Positions 36,660 to 49,070 of a stretch of DNA of 64,000 nt are shown piece by piece. The stretch lies in NCBI GenBank assembly GCA_001179505.1, contig CDMY01000859.1, positions 180,046 to 244,045 on the forward strand, given 5' to 3'. The notes under the pieces are model-generated. The model searched no databases and was not told the DNA's origin. It saw nothing but the letters and a program-made list of their open reading frames with translations. Each line of letters starts with the position of its first letter. Position 1 is the first letter of the stretch. A program made the translations under genes and the position numbers. The stretch comes from Vitrella brassicaformis CCMP3155 (Eukaryota > Protista > Chromerida).

Positions 36660-38700
36660 AGTGCCAACGAAGGTGAACAACATCTCACCATACACACACC
36701 AATGCGAACCATGGCGTGAACTCATCCCGCTGCAAAGGTCAACAAGAAATCGAGCTGTTCCGGTCCATAATGGCTGGCTGGTCGGGTACTTTGAGCCTTG
36801 CTGAGGATCCACTAGAGGTCAAATGAAGAACATGTGCGCCCAGAAAGGCGCATCTCGGCGTCATACAGACCGCCATCCGGCAGGCCGAACAGTGAACAAA
36901 TTTCATGAAAGTGAGCGGATTTCACGCAATCTGACCTTATCTGGGGCAGCAGCCATCGTCTCTCCGTCTGCCTGCCTTTACTTGCCTCCCGTTGTCCGCA
37001 GAAAGCGAAATACAATGGCGAGATTTTCGCGAGCTGAGACGGAGACAAAGATTTACGAGACGGCGGGCCGTTTTTCACATTTTCCGTCCCAGTTCGGCTT
37101 TGCAGCCTTGTTTCGGCCACATCCCCTCCAGTTCTTTTCCTTTTTGGCTGGTTGTTGGCTTATGTTGTCCGCCGCATCTCCCTCTACCCCTCCCAACTCG
37201 TCCGCATGTCGCCCGCCACTTTTTCCTCCACCGCCGTGCCCCGGGCGAGGCCTTGTTTGGTGGCGCCCCGCCTTCTGAGGAGCGGCTGGCGACTGCCTGG
37301 AGCCTGCCGAGTGCGCGCGCAGCTTCTTTCCGCATATACCGACCTCCGACAGGTGACTACATATCAGTGTGGCCTCGTGCGTCATTTCTCTTGGGTGCGG
37401 TGATGGTGTGGCGTGTGGATGATGTGTAGGGATGAATGTGTGGTGCATTTCGTTGCCATGGGTGTGCTCAGATGCCTCCTGTTGCCGTGTTTGTGCGTGC
37501 AGATGAACGGGTGGCTTTTTCTTTTTGTTCCCGTCTCTTTTTCTCGACACATTTCTCTGAAGATTGGTGAGGTGGGTGACTGCCTCAGTGAGTCCGGTGT
37601 TGACGCGCACGTCAGATTCCCTGTCCGCTGCTTTTCAGAAAGGCGATCCCTTGGTCCGACGAAAAAAAGCGAGAAAAAGAGACAGATTTTACGCATTTTG
37701 AGTATTTATCTTTCTGTCTTGCGGCAGGCAGGGAAGTTTTCACTTCGACGACAACAAGCTGCCCAAGACGCCTTGCCGAGGATCCACTAGAGGTCAATTG
37801 AAGAACCTCTGCACCCAGACAGGCGCATCTCGGCGTCAGACCGACATCCGGCCAGCCGAAAAGTGAAAAAATTCCATCAAAGTGAGCGGATTTCACGCGA
37901 TCTGACCTTATCTGCGGCAGGAGCAATTCTCTCTGCCTCTCTCTCCCTCCTGTCGTCCGCAGAAAACGAAATTCAAATGCGGCGAGATTTCTGCGAGCTG
38001 AGACGGAGACAAAGATTTACGAGACGGCGGGCCGTTTTTCACATTTTCCGTCCCAGTTCGGCTTTGCAGCCTTGTTTCGGCCACATCTCCTCCAGTTCTT
38101 TTCCTTTTTGGCTAGTTGTTGGCTTATGTTGTCCGCCGCATCTCCCTTTACCCCTCCAAACTCGTCCGCATTTCATCCGCCACTTTTTCCTCCACCGCCG
38201 TGCCCCGGGCGAGACCTCGGCTGGTGGCGCCCTGCCTTCTGCCGCGCGGCTGGCGACTCCCTGGCATCAGCTGAGTGCTCACGCGCCTTCTTTTCGCCCA
38301 AACCGACCTCCAACAGGTGAGTACATATGAGTGTGGCCTCGTGCGTCATGTCTCTTGGGTGCGGTAATGGTGTGGTGTGTGGATGATGTGTAGGGATGAA
38401 TGCATGGTGCATTTCGCTGCCATGGGGTGTGCTCAGATGCCTCCTGTTGCCGTGTTTGTGCGTGCAGATGGACTGGTGGTTTATTCTTTTTGTTGCCGTC
38501 TCCTTTTCTCGACGCATTTCTCTTTAGGTGGGTGAGTTGGGTGACTGCCTCAGTGAGTCTGATGTTGACGCGCACGTCAGATTCCCTGTCTGCTGCTTTT
38601 CAGAAAGGCGGTTGTTTGGTCCGACGAAAAAAAAACCGAGAAAAAGAGACAAATTAAGAAATTTTTCTCATCTTTGTGTCTTGCAGCCGGCCGAGAAGTT
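36660..38700 (+). repeat. Diverged ~975-bp non-coding unit in two tandem copies (part of a larger duplicated block)
   Basis: Anchor gaggatccactagagg has its CTAG at 36812 and 37787 (period 975). Shared internal strings include gcgagctgagacggagacaaag, ttttcacattttccgtcccagttcggctttgcagcc and gcttttcagaaaggcg...ggtccgacgaaaaaaa. Confidence 0.9.
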
Positions 38701-39900
38701 TTCCCATCGACGACAGCCTCCTGACCAACAAGAAAGCATGCGCATGGAAGCCATAAAGGTAGTCGCATATTCAGAAACGCTCACTGATTTCGTCAGCAGA
38801 AAACCGAGCTGCATCTGCAGACAAAAGCAGAGCTTCTGAGTAGGCCAGTCGCCTCATTTGCGCCGCCACCAAGGGCTCTGCATATCGTGACGAACACTCG
38901 ACATCTATCCCTTTTGCCTTCTCTTTCAGCTCAGGGAAAGAAATCTGGCGACAAGGTTGCCCTCAAGCATTATCCTGAAGACCACTCAGGTAAGTAAGGG
39001 AGAAGAAAGAGGAAAAAGCATATATTTGCTCATTTCTCCGCTGGGTTTCCTCTTTTTCTTTTCGCACACTTGGCCGCTTCGGCGGCCATCTATCGGCCCA
39101 AGCTGCAGCGGACTGGTAACACCCGAATATGATATCCATCCATACATTTGCAGACCCTTGTGGGTGGCTGGCTGGATCGTGCAGCTGGCTGCTCCCCCCG
39201 GTCATCGGCGTCAGGCCAGGCCAGGCCGTCAGGAGCCCATCACTGGGAGCCGGGCACCCAAGTAAGCTCAGAACAAGTGCACCTTCAGACATATTTAGAC
39301 GTCTCAGTCTATGTCGCCGCCATGGCCCGCAAGACGGCCAAGGAGGTAAGCTGGGGAGGATGTTGACAGGGAGGCAGGGAGGGAGGGAGCCTGACTCACA
39401 GTAAGAGAGTGGGAGCGGCACACGTGTGACATGGTATTTTCAGGCGTCGTTTGGATCGTCAGATGAGAGCACGTCAACGGACGTTAACGTGCCGGGGCCA
39501 CATCTACACGTCACGGACTGAGAGTCACGGAGACCCGAAACAAGAGGAAAGCCCGCGCGGTACTAAGGCGGAACATACATGAGCCATTGCCGCGTACACG
39601 GACTTTGAGCTGTGATGCATCTGCTGTCATGCTACAGAGAAAGGCGACTCGTGTGCGCATAGCCGAGCAGGCCAAGGCGAGCCAAGCGCGCGAGGAAATG
39701 GAAACAACGAGAGTATAAGGCGAAAACGTGTACCTTGTCGCATGTGGATGGGGGGTTTTGTGTGTGTGTGTGTGTGTGTGCAGCTGATCTACCTTCTGTC
39801 GGGCAAGTCAACGCACAAGCTCACGGTCCGTCAGCGCCCCTGCCCCTCCCCCACACACATCGGCAACCGTATGCCCACACACACCGAGATGCACAAGCAT
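38700..39900 (+). pseudogene. Truncated kinase N-lobe relic, paralogous to 44.6-46.3 kb and 59.7-61.7 kb
   Basis: Exons KKSGDKVALKHYPEDHS, TYLDVSVYVAAMARKTAKE and ASFGSSDES, with their introns, match 44820-45065 and 59727-60196. No catalytic-lobe exons follow. Confidence 0.55.
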
Positions 39901-39959
39901 GGTGTGAGAACATGACGAGATCGACATGTGAGAGTTATCTTTTTGTGTGTCTGCACTCG

Positions 39960-41500
39960 CAGATCGAATCGTTGCCTACGTTCTATATTCGTCGGCATAT
40001 CTTCGCTTCTTCGCAGTCATGTCTCCGACAGGACCAGAACAGGACCTCAATGGCAAAGACATACACAATACAAAAAGGAATACTTTGTCTTCTCCGCTCT
40101 TCTCTCTGTGGCTGGGTGGTGTGCAGATCGCTGGCTACATTTTATATTCGATCGGTCGATGACGACTTCAAAGCGCACTGCCTTCCCAGCCGTTTGCACA
40201 TCAAAAGTGAGCTGTCAAAATATACTGCACTGATCAAGTCATCTGTACGTGTCTTGTGCCTCTGCGTGTGCAGATGGATGTCGCTGTCTCCCTCTTACAT
40301 CTCCGATGCGCCTACTAACTAAATCGCCCACGTCTGCCCCCGGCGGCCCCACAGGTACGGAAGTGAGGGAGACACAAAAGAGGTGGCAATCAAGATGTGC
40401 TAATGTCTTTTCTCTCTTCTCTGTTTGTCTCCACATCTTTGGCCGCTTTGGCGGCCCCCGAGAGACGCCTCTTCTATCCGGCCCGCTACCCCACTGGCCC
40501 CACTGACGCGACGCTGCCTGACGCGATGTGGGTACTCATCTGTGTGTTCCCATCTGTTCGAAGAAAGTCAGACGTCTGCTGTGTGCGATCATCAGGAAGT
40601 CATCCGTCTGCTGAAAGACAAGCTCCGCGCCGATGAGCGGGCCAAGAATGAGGCCCTACTCGAGCAGGTAGGAGGAGAGGGAAGGCGGGCCAATGGCTGC
40701 CAACAACCTCAACTGCCCTGTCTTTCAGGAGCTGTTGCGTGTGCGCCGGGAGAGTCGGAGATCATCAAGGTAAGATCATCGACCTGAACACATACCAATC
40801 TGAGATGCCGTGTGGTGTTTGTGCAGGAGCTGACGGCCGCCAAGGACTGCAACAACCAGCTGCTCGACGAGCTCACCGATGCGAACTTCAAGAAGCCCGC
40901 CGCGAAGGTACCCATGAGAGGAGTGACGGCTTCAATGATGCATTTGTGTGTGTCGACTTGTGTGTCAGACTACCGCGGTGCAGACGGTATCCTCCACTCA
41001 TATCCATTCACTCACACATGGGCAGATCGACGTCCATTCTACACGTGTGTGTGTGTGTGTGTGTGTGTGTAGGTCAACGAGCCTTCTCGTGTTGGTGGCG
41101 GCGGCAAGGCTGAAAGTCCTCCGGCTCCTCCTGTGTTGGTACGCGCCATACACTCACTCACACATGGGCAGATCGACGTCCATTCTACGTGTGTGTGTGG
41201 GTGTTGCTGTCATCTGTGTGTGGCTTTGGAGGGCGGTCGAGCGCTACCAACGCCACCACCTCTCCCGCGACCCCATCATCAGCAGAGCCCGCCTGCTCAC
41301 AGAGACGGCCTGGCGCCGCGCCGTCCTCTACGGCCCCTTCGGCTCATCCACCGCCACGGCCGCCGTCGGCAGGGCAGGGTGCTCGCCGACCTGGCCACTG
41401 TCGGCGACTCCCTCGCCTGGGTGTTTCGGCTGCCGCGCGGGACGCCTTCGGCCCTCCAGCCATACAACAGCAGTGAGCAGCCCACACAGAGAGAGCAGAG
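39960..41500 (+). pseudogene. Chimeric fragment: kinase-family 5' exons followed by coiled-coil and Pro-rich exons
   Basis: 40100-40465 matches 56180-56570. Coiled-coil exons IRLLKDKLRADERAKNEALLEQ|ELLRVRRESEIIK|ELTAAKDCNNQLLDEL follow. The 5' exons contain stops. Confidence 0.45.
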
Positions 41501-42267
41501 CAGTCCACCACACGCATCCTGGCTCATACGTACGTGTGTGTTGTCGTGATGTCATGGTGTAGGTCTTTCACCTGTGAGGCCGACAGAAGAGACCACACCG
41601 TGCATCGCACACACACAGAAGGTGAGCGGGCGCTCTCTGAGGCGGTGCGAGGGGCGTGGAGGCAGTGCAGCGAGGCTTTGAGGGATTCGGTGAAGGGCTC
41701 ATGGCATGCTGGTGGGGGGCTGCATGGGAGGGCATGTCTGTGGGCGTCAGAAAGGCACCTGGGCGTCGCAGCGAGGCAGTCAGGCGGGCTCCCACGTGAT
41801 GCATGCTGTAATGAGGATGAGCCCCATGAGAGCCATCTGATGCTCACCTGCCGTGTCTCTCTGCTGTGCTGGATGGCAGAGAGGGGGGCTGGTGCCAATG
41901 CAGACCCACCGACGGCACCGTGCAGCCCCACCCCGACACCATAAGACAGGAGCCGCCAAGTAAGTCACACACACACAAAGCTATGCACATCTGATGCACA
42001 CCTGCCGTGTCTCTCTGCAAGAAGGCCGAGGAGGATATCGATCGCCGTCTACATTTTGTATTCCTGAGGCTCTCTCGTGACCGACATCGATGACTTCGAT
42101 GATTATCTATTCACTGCACAGTAAGAGGCCACCACCTGGTGTGAGAAATGTCGAGGTCTGCGTGTCTGTCTGTGCCTCTCACCAGAGTTGCGTTTTCGGA
42201 AGAGAAGACGAGATGGCTGGAAGGATGTGTGCTTCATCCAGCGAGCCGTCCACCCCCTCGCCGAACA

Positions 42268-42568
42268 CGTACACACACTCACTGGAGGGATGGAAGGGAC
42301 GTTATAGGGTACACGTACACACACTCACTGGATGCATAGAAGGGACGTCATAGGGTACACGTAGACACTCACTGGATGGATGGAAGGGACATCATAGGGT
42401 ATACGTACACACACTCACTGGATGGATGGAAGGGACGTCATAGGGGATGGATGGAAGGGACGTCATAGGGTACACGTACACACACTCACTGGAGGGACGG
42501 AAGGGACGTCATAGGGTATACGGGAAGGGACGTCATAGGGTACACGTACACACACTCACTGGAGGGAT
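42268..42568 (+). repeat. 46-bp minisatellite, about 6-7 imperfect copies, running into an assembly gap
   Basis: Unit gggtacacgtacacacactcactggagggatggaagggacgtcata is repeated with internal deletions up to the N-run. Confidence 0.9.
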
Positions 42569-42868
42569 NNNNNNNNNNNNNNNNNNNNNNNNNNNNNNNN
42601 NNNNNNNNNNNNNNNNNNNNNNNNNNNNNNNNNNNNNNNNNNNNNNNNNNNNNNNNNNNNNNNNNNNNNNNNNNNNNNNNNNNNNNNNNNNNNNNNNNNN
42701 NNNNNNNNNNNNNNNNNNNNNNNNNNNNNNNNNNNNNNNNNNNNNNNNNNNNNNNNNNNNNNNNNNNNNNNNNNNNNNNNNNNNNNNNNNNNNNNNNNNN
42801 NNNNNNNNNNNNNNNNNNNNNNNNNNNNNNNNNNNNNNNNNNNNNNNNNNNNNNNNNNNNNNNNNNNN
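42569..42868. other. Assembly gap (300 N)
   Basis: N-run next to the minisatellite; truncates PSMB2. Confidence 1.
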
Positions 42869-43328
42869 ATCGCGAGACAGCTGAGAGCTGGCTGACCGTG
42901 TGAAGTTAGCCGCGGCCCTGACGCTGAGGGTGACTCCATTGCGCAGCCGATACAGGTGTATGTTCTTCTGAATGTACTCGCAAAACATCGTCCTGTCGGC
43001 TGCAGCAATCCACCAAAGCAAGCACAACACGGCAGCCAGTCAAAGAATGAGATGAGATGAGATCAGGCGACACATCTGCTCCTCGCCTCTCACCTGAGGG
43101 GCCACCTGCCGCCATGAGTTTGTTCTTGTCAATGGTGATGATCTTGTCCTCATCATCCTGATATGCACCAACACAACCACGCAGCAGAGATGCACACGCG
43201 ACGGCTTCACTCTGTGCGTGTCTGTGCCGCGTGTGGCGGACCTTGAGGCGCAGCACGGAGAATTCTGCGTGTCCATCGGTGGCCAGCAGGACGAAGTCCT
43301 TGCCGCGCAGCCCCAGCGCCGAGTCCAT
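42869..43328 (-). CDS. PSMB2: 20S proteasome subunit beta type-2 (beta4/PRE1); 3' part lost in the gap
   Basis: [29 protein letters not shown]|[21 protein letters not shown]|[35 protein letters not shown] is the diagnostic beta4 N-terminal half. Confidence 0.9.
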
Positions 43329-43509
43329 CACTCAGCCACAGCACAATTATCAGTTGAAAGGCGGGAAAGAGAGAACTCTTTCTGCCGGCTGGTCGCTCTC
43401 CGTCGGCGCGTGTGCGTGGCGGGATGGGGAGAGATCTGATTTCAAGAAAAGCTCGCAAATATGCGAGCTCTGGGGAGCTGTGGGGGCCGTCATTCCGAGA
43501 CGGAAATGG

Positions 43510-45070
43510 TGCCGATGAAGGTGAATGTCATCTCACCATACACACACTCACGCAAACCATGACGTGAACTCATCGCTCTGCAAAGGTCAACAAGAAATCG
43601 AGCTGTTCCGGTCCACAATGGCTGGCTGGTCGAGTGCTTTGAGCCTTGATGAGGATCCACTAGAGGCCAATCGAAGAACCTCTGCACCCAGACAGGCGCA
43701 TCTCGGCGTCAGACCGCCATCCGGCCAGCCGAAAAGTGAAAAAAGTCCAAAGTGAGCGGATTTCACGCGATCTGACCTCATCTGCGGCAGCAGCAATCCT
43801 CTCTCCCTCTCTCTGCCTCTAATGGCCTCCTGTCGTCCGCAGAAAACGAAATTCAAATCCGGCGAGATTTTTGCGAGCTGAGACGGAGACAAAGAAGATT
43901 TACGAGACGGCGGGCCATTTTTCACATTTTCCGTCCCAGTTCGGCTTTGCAGCCTTGTTTCGGCCACATCTCCTCCGTTTCTTGTCCTTTTCGGCTGGTT
44001 GCTGGCTTGTGTTGTCCGCCGCATCTCCCTCTACCCCACCCAACTCGTCCGGATGTCGTGCGCCACTTTTTTCCTCCACCGCCGTGCCCCGGGCGAGGCC
44101 TCGGCTGGTGGCGCCCTGCCTTCTGCTGAGCGGCTGGCGACTCCCTGGCGCCTGCAGAGTGCGCACGCGCCTTCGTTTCGCCCAAACCGACCTGCACCAG
44201 GTGAGTACATACGAGTGTGGCCTCGTGTGTCATGTCTCTTGGGTGGTTATGGTGTGGTGTGTGGATTATGTGTAGGGATGAATGCATGGTACATTCCGTT
44301 GCCATGGGTGTGCTCAGATGCCTCCCCTTGTCATGTCTGTGTGTGCAGATGGGCTGGTGGTTTATTCTTCTCATTCCTGTCTCATTTTCTCCACGCATTT
44401 CTGTGAAGGTTGGTGAGGTGGGTGACTGCCCCATTGAGCCTGGTGTTGACGCGCACGTCAGATTCCCTGTCTGCTGCTTTTCAGAAAGGCGATCCTTTGG
44501 TCCGACGAAAAAAAGCGAGAAAAAGAGACAGTTTTACATATTCACCTAATCATATTTGTGTCTTGCAGCCGGCCGAGAAGTTTTCCCAGCGACGACAACC
44601 TCCTGACCAACAAGAAAGCATGCGCATGGAAGCCATAAAGGTAGTCGCGTATTCAGAAACGCTCACTGATTTCTTCAGCAGAAAACCGAGCTGCATCTTC
44701 AGACAAAAGCGGAGCTTCTGAGTAGACCAGTCGCCTCATTTGCGCCGCCACCAAGGGCTCTTCATATCGTGACGAACACTCGACATCTATCCCTTTTGCC
44801 TTCTCTTTCAGCTCAGGGAAAGAAGTCTGGCGGCAGCGTTGCCCTCAAGCATTATCCTGAAGACCACTCAGGTACGTAAGTAAGGGAGAAAAAAGAGGAA
44901 AGAGTATTTGCTCATGTCTCTTCTGTGTTTCCTCTCTTTCTATACTTGGCCGCTTCGGCGGCCATCGATCAGCCCAAGCTGCAGCACCGACTGGTAACCC
45001 CCGAATATGACATCCATCCATACATGTGCAGACCCTTCTGGGTGGCTGGCTGGATCCTGCAGCTGGCTGC
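43510..45070 (+). repeat. Third copy of the ~1-kb unit plus adjoining kinase 5' exons (segmental duplicate of 36660-39200)
   Basis: 43510-43660 matches 36660-36810. CTAG anchor at 43660. 44560-44870 matches 38690-38990, and 44862-45065 matches both 38980-39190 and 59727-59930. Confidence 0.9.
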
Positions 45071-46260
45071 AGGATCCAGCGAGCGTGCTCCTGCATGGAG
45101 CTGCTGAAGACACGTGGCTCGTCGAGGAGCGAGCGGCCGCTCGCACGCACGCACGGACGGACGCATACACACACGACAGCCCGGTACTGACTGAATGAAT
45201 GCAGGGCGCGTGAGCATTGAGAGGACTGTGAGGAAACTGTATCAGATTCTGAAGGGCCTGGTACACATGCACGGCTTGAACGGTGAGGAAGGGAGTCATC
45301 CATCCCTCGTACACACCCGCACATGTATGTGTGTGTGCGTCCCGTCGGGCATCTCGACCTCAAGAAGGAAAACATATTCCTTACGGCTGACGGCACTGTC
45401 TTTATAGGGGACTTCGGTACGCGCAGATTTGATCCTCACACACACACACACACACACGCGGGATAGGCTTCCTTGGCTATACACGGGTGTGATCGTGTCT
45501 CCCTGCTGCCTGCACGGAGTAGTCAAGGTAAGCAAGTGGAGCGATCGGCAGGGTGTTGGGGTGGAAGGATGAGCATGCTGCGCCTGCCCGTCTGCTTGTT
45601 TGTCTGCAGGTGTATCATCGTGACCTCACCGCGAGGAATGTGATGGTGACGGAGGGGTGCTGGGTCATGCTTACGGGTTTTGTCCTCTGCACGTCCATCG
45701 AGAACCCGCAGTCGATCCTCCGTGATGGCATCGTCCTGATGGGCACACCCTGCTACAAAGTGGGTCGGACAAACCGGTCTGAGAGATCTGTGTTCGCTAT
45801 GTATGCCTCTGCCCTCGTGCGTGTGTGTGTGTGTACATGCGTTCAGGCTCCCGAGCTCTACGACGGCCAATTCGACGCCAGATCGGACCTCTTTGCCTGC
45901 GGAAGTCATAGCGTAGGGGCGGCACACACAGCGAGCGAATGGAGAAACAAGGCTGGCCACACGTGTGTGCGCGTCGCTCTTTGTTGCAGTTGGCGCCTGA
46001 TGACAGGTGAGTGGCCCTTCGCCGTGCCCGAGAGGAGGCAGGGCGAGAGCAAGGAGGAGCAGCCAGGTACGGCACATCGACGACACAAACAAACCACACA
46101 CATGAATGCACCTTGCCTCCATGTGTTGGTTGGCTGATTGGTTGGTTGGTTGCTGCAGGACGTCACCGTGACGCCGGAGATGGAGCGGCGCTTCCCAGGC
46201 GTGTCGTCGCTGGTGCCGCTGCTGTTGGCCAAAGACCCCGCCAGTAGGACACAATCAGGT
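44600..46260 (+). CDS. Divergent protein kinase, predicted pseudokinase (HRDLTARN; DFG replaced by TGF)
   Basis: VALKHY (~44836), LYQILKGLVHMHGLN, VYHRDLTARNVMVTEGCWVMLTGFVL (45610-45687), MGTPCYK|APELYDG, SDLFACG, LMTGEWPF and LLAKDPASR place the subdomains in the correct order. Confidence 0.7.
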
Positions 46261-46399
46261 CAGTCAGTCTGTCATCAGGTCACGCCAAATCCAACCGTCG
46301 GCGACGCCCATTTGTGTGTGATAATGGATACCATGCAGCACGGCACGCCCCTCTCAACTGCTGGTCTTAAAAGAGAAGGGTCGTCAACGACCCTGGAGA

Positions 46400-49000
46400 T
46401 CACGTCCCGTACCTGAGATTGAGAAAGAGAGATGCAGTCGGGGACCGGGAGCACCGAGATGATGGCATACCCAATGCTGGTCCATGCCAAGTTTTGGCAA
46501 TGGGGTCCGTATAGGCGCGCCGAGAAGAGAAGGGTCGTCAACGACAGTAAGCCACCTATTCTGTTGGTTCTCCTGCACCCCACAGCACACTGAGTGAGGC
46601 AGACAAGTACACACACGAGCAGACAGAAAGGCATGCAGCACAAGAAGTGATATTTCACGTGCGTCTTTTTTCCGCTTCAATGCGTCCCCGTCTGTGTCGC
46701 TGATGGCATTGCAGTCATCGGCCAGTCCCACTTGGGCCAGTCCGACCTCCAGGAGCTCCTCGATGATATCATTGACATCATCGAGGACAGAGACCGGGCG
46801 CAATGTAGGCCTTAACTTACAACACAAATGGAGGGACCCGAGCTCATGCATGGCTTTCCTCTCGACCTGTACGTCTGTGTGTGCAGACGAACTGCTGGAG
46901 GAGCGGGGGCTCTCGCGGGTCCGGCGGCGCGCCGAGATGAACCAGCGCCTCGCCAAGGTCAGTGAGTGGAGGGCACCTGCATGTGCCCTCCGGGCGGCGT
47001 CCCCGACAGATTCCGTCCCTTCCTGTCGGTCTGTGTGTCTGCAGGAGGCGGCACATACGCAGGTAGCCGAGCTGCAGCGCCAAGTGGATGAGTTGCGAGC
47101 GGGTACATCAGGCAGTCGGGCGGGCGGTATTCCGCCACGCCGAGGATGGCACAAATGTAATGTATGTGTGTACTCTGTGGGTGTCCTCTGCATGTGTCCG
47201 TGACTTTGCAGGCTGAGCGTGAGAGTCACGGGCCAGCCGGCTGGCGGTGCCAGTGTCCCACTGGGGGGGAGGGGAGGATGGCTTCTATACCAGCTCCCTG
47301 ACCCGGTGGGACCTGGCCTATTGGGAGAAGAAGGGGGCCTGGTGGGTCGTCACGTGGGAAATGCCAGAGAAGCGCAGGGTCGTCAGCAACAGTAAGCCAC
47401 CTGTTCTGTTGGTTCTCCTTCACCATACAGACCGACGATTTCGATTCCTATGGTTTCGAATGCGCTTTCCAGGGCAGGGCAGAAAGGGTAACCGGGGGAT
47501 CGCCAGCGAAGGAAAAAGAGAGAAGAAGAAGAGGCGGGGGATGAGCGCCATCACCCCTGCCGAGTGGGCGGCCGGAGGCCCCCAGCTGCTCGCCAGGATA
47601 GCGGAGATTGCTCGTCAGAACATCGCGGAGGAGCGTCGGCTTGCGGCAGGTGGGCGAGAACAACAACACTGCCATGCACACATCAGAGAGGCGCAGAAAT
47701 GCAGATAGGTAGCTGGGTAGCTCTCATTGCACGCAATGACATGGGCCTTCGACGAGCCCTGCGACGAGCGAACAAACCTTGATGACCACGATGCATGCCT
47801 GCCTCCGTTCTGTGTGTGTGTGTGTGTGTGTGTGTTGCAGAGCTGGCCACCTATGATAGCGTCAGCCTGCTGCAGCTGTATAGGGAGAGGGAGCACTTCC
47901 ATGGTCAGAACGAATGTGTTAACACGTCGCGCATGCGATTGATCCACACACACATCTGTCCGTCTGTGTGGGCTTTGTGGCCTGCAGCCGAGTACGTGAA
48001 GTGGAAGGAGCAGTACCACCTTGACTCTCAGCGCATCGACCAGCTCGCTAAGACCCTGGACATCGCCAAGTCCAATCAGGTGGGCTACGTTTCGGACAGC
48101 GGAGGCGTCGACGGCCCCAAGGGCACACCTGCTCATCTGCTCATCTGCCTGCTTGTGGGTGGCTGTACGATGCCTGTGCGCAGGAGAAACTCATCAAGGG
48201 CGTCACTGCGGCCAGGGTCAGCGGCTGAATCACAGAATGCACACACACACAGAGAGAGAGAGGCGGGGGGGAGCCCGTGACCTATGTGTGATTCATCTCG
48301 CTTATTCTGTCTGTCTGTGTCTGTGTCTGCGCCTTCAGGGCCACAGAAGCAGACCAAAGAGGTCAAGAACGAGAACGCGGCACTGAGGGCCAAGTTGGCC
48401 GACCTCGAGGAGCAGGTACATTAATTATGTCACATCAACGTATCGACACCACAGCCAGCCAGCCAGCCAGCCCCACACCAAAGAATCCTCACATCCATCC
48501 ATCCATCTGTAATATAACAGCACAGATCGGCATCCTTCCTTTGTTGTCTGTTTGTTTATGCATGCACTTATGTGTTGTTTCCCTCCCAGCTGCTGGCCAG
48601 GTCGACGGCCTCTGGCAGCCCCGCAAGCCCCTCGTGCTCGCCCGCTGCCTCGCCGCCCCCTCCCTCCCCCTGTCCCTCTCCCTCGGCCTGTCCCCCTCAG
48701 TTGGCCCCCATCGAAGCCCACAAGGGCGTCCAGGCCAGCCCTGTGACTTCAGATGCTGCCGTCGACCATGAGCCCGCATCGCTCGGCGCCATGGCAACCC
48801 AGACGGAGCTGGTGTCCAAGGACCAGGGCGTGGCCACCGTCGAGGTGCACATACGGGAGCGCGGGGTCGACACACGAGGCCTGCTGACGAAGGCCACCAA
48901 ACATGCACGGCCACTCAACAACAGCGGTGTGCAGGTTGAGAGGTTCAGGACTACATCTCTGTGCGTCCTTGTTTGTCGTTCATTCAGCAGCAGGAGGTGT
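46400..49000 (+). CDS. Coiled-coil protein exons alternating with a repeated Trp-rich module; may be a C-terminal extension of the preceding kinase or a separate gene
   Basis: W...EKRRVV(N/S)(D/N) exons followed by near-identical introns at ~46470-46590 and ~47300-47430. Heptads QVAELQRQVDELRA, QRIDQLAKTLDI and ENAALRAKLADLEEQ. Confidence 0.45.
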
Positions 49001-49070
49001 TTCGGAGGCGGTTTATTATCGCTGCTTACATTTTATATAGTGAAGTCTCTTCGGCAATCAGCTACAGACA

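Noticed and set aside
36805-36855. Helitron-like 3' end on the minus strand (GC hairpin tgcgcc/ggcgca ~19 nt from CTAG, followed by T), repeated at 37787 and 43660
   Set aside because: Homology continues ~150 bp beyond the CTAG between the 36.7-kb and 43.5-kb copies, so it is not a clear element boundary. No 5' TC end or Rep/helicase gene was found. It remains only a weak possibility.
36992-38839. 100-185 aa ORFs inside the ~1-kb repeat
   Set aside because: Stops and indels differ between copies and there is no conserved reading frame or domain.
42268-42568. CRISPR-like array
   Set aside because: The units are contiguous tandem copies with no unique spacers, the context is eukaryotic, and there are no cas genes. 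It is a minisatellite.
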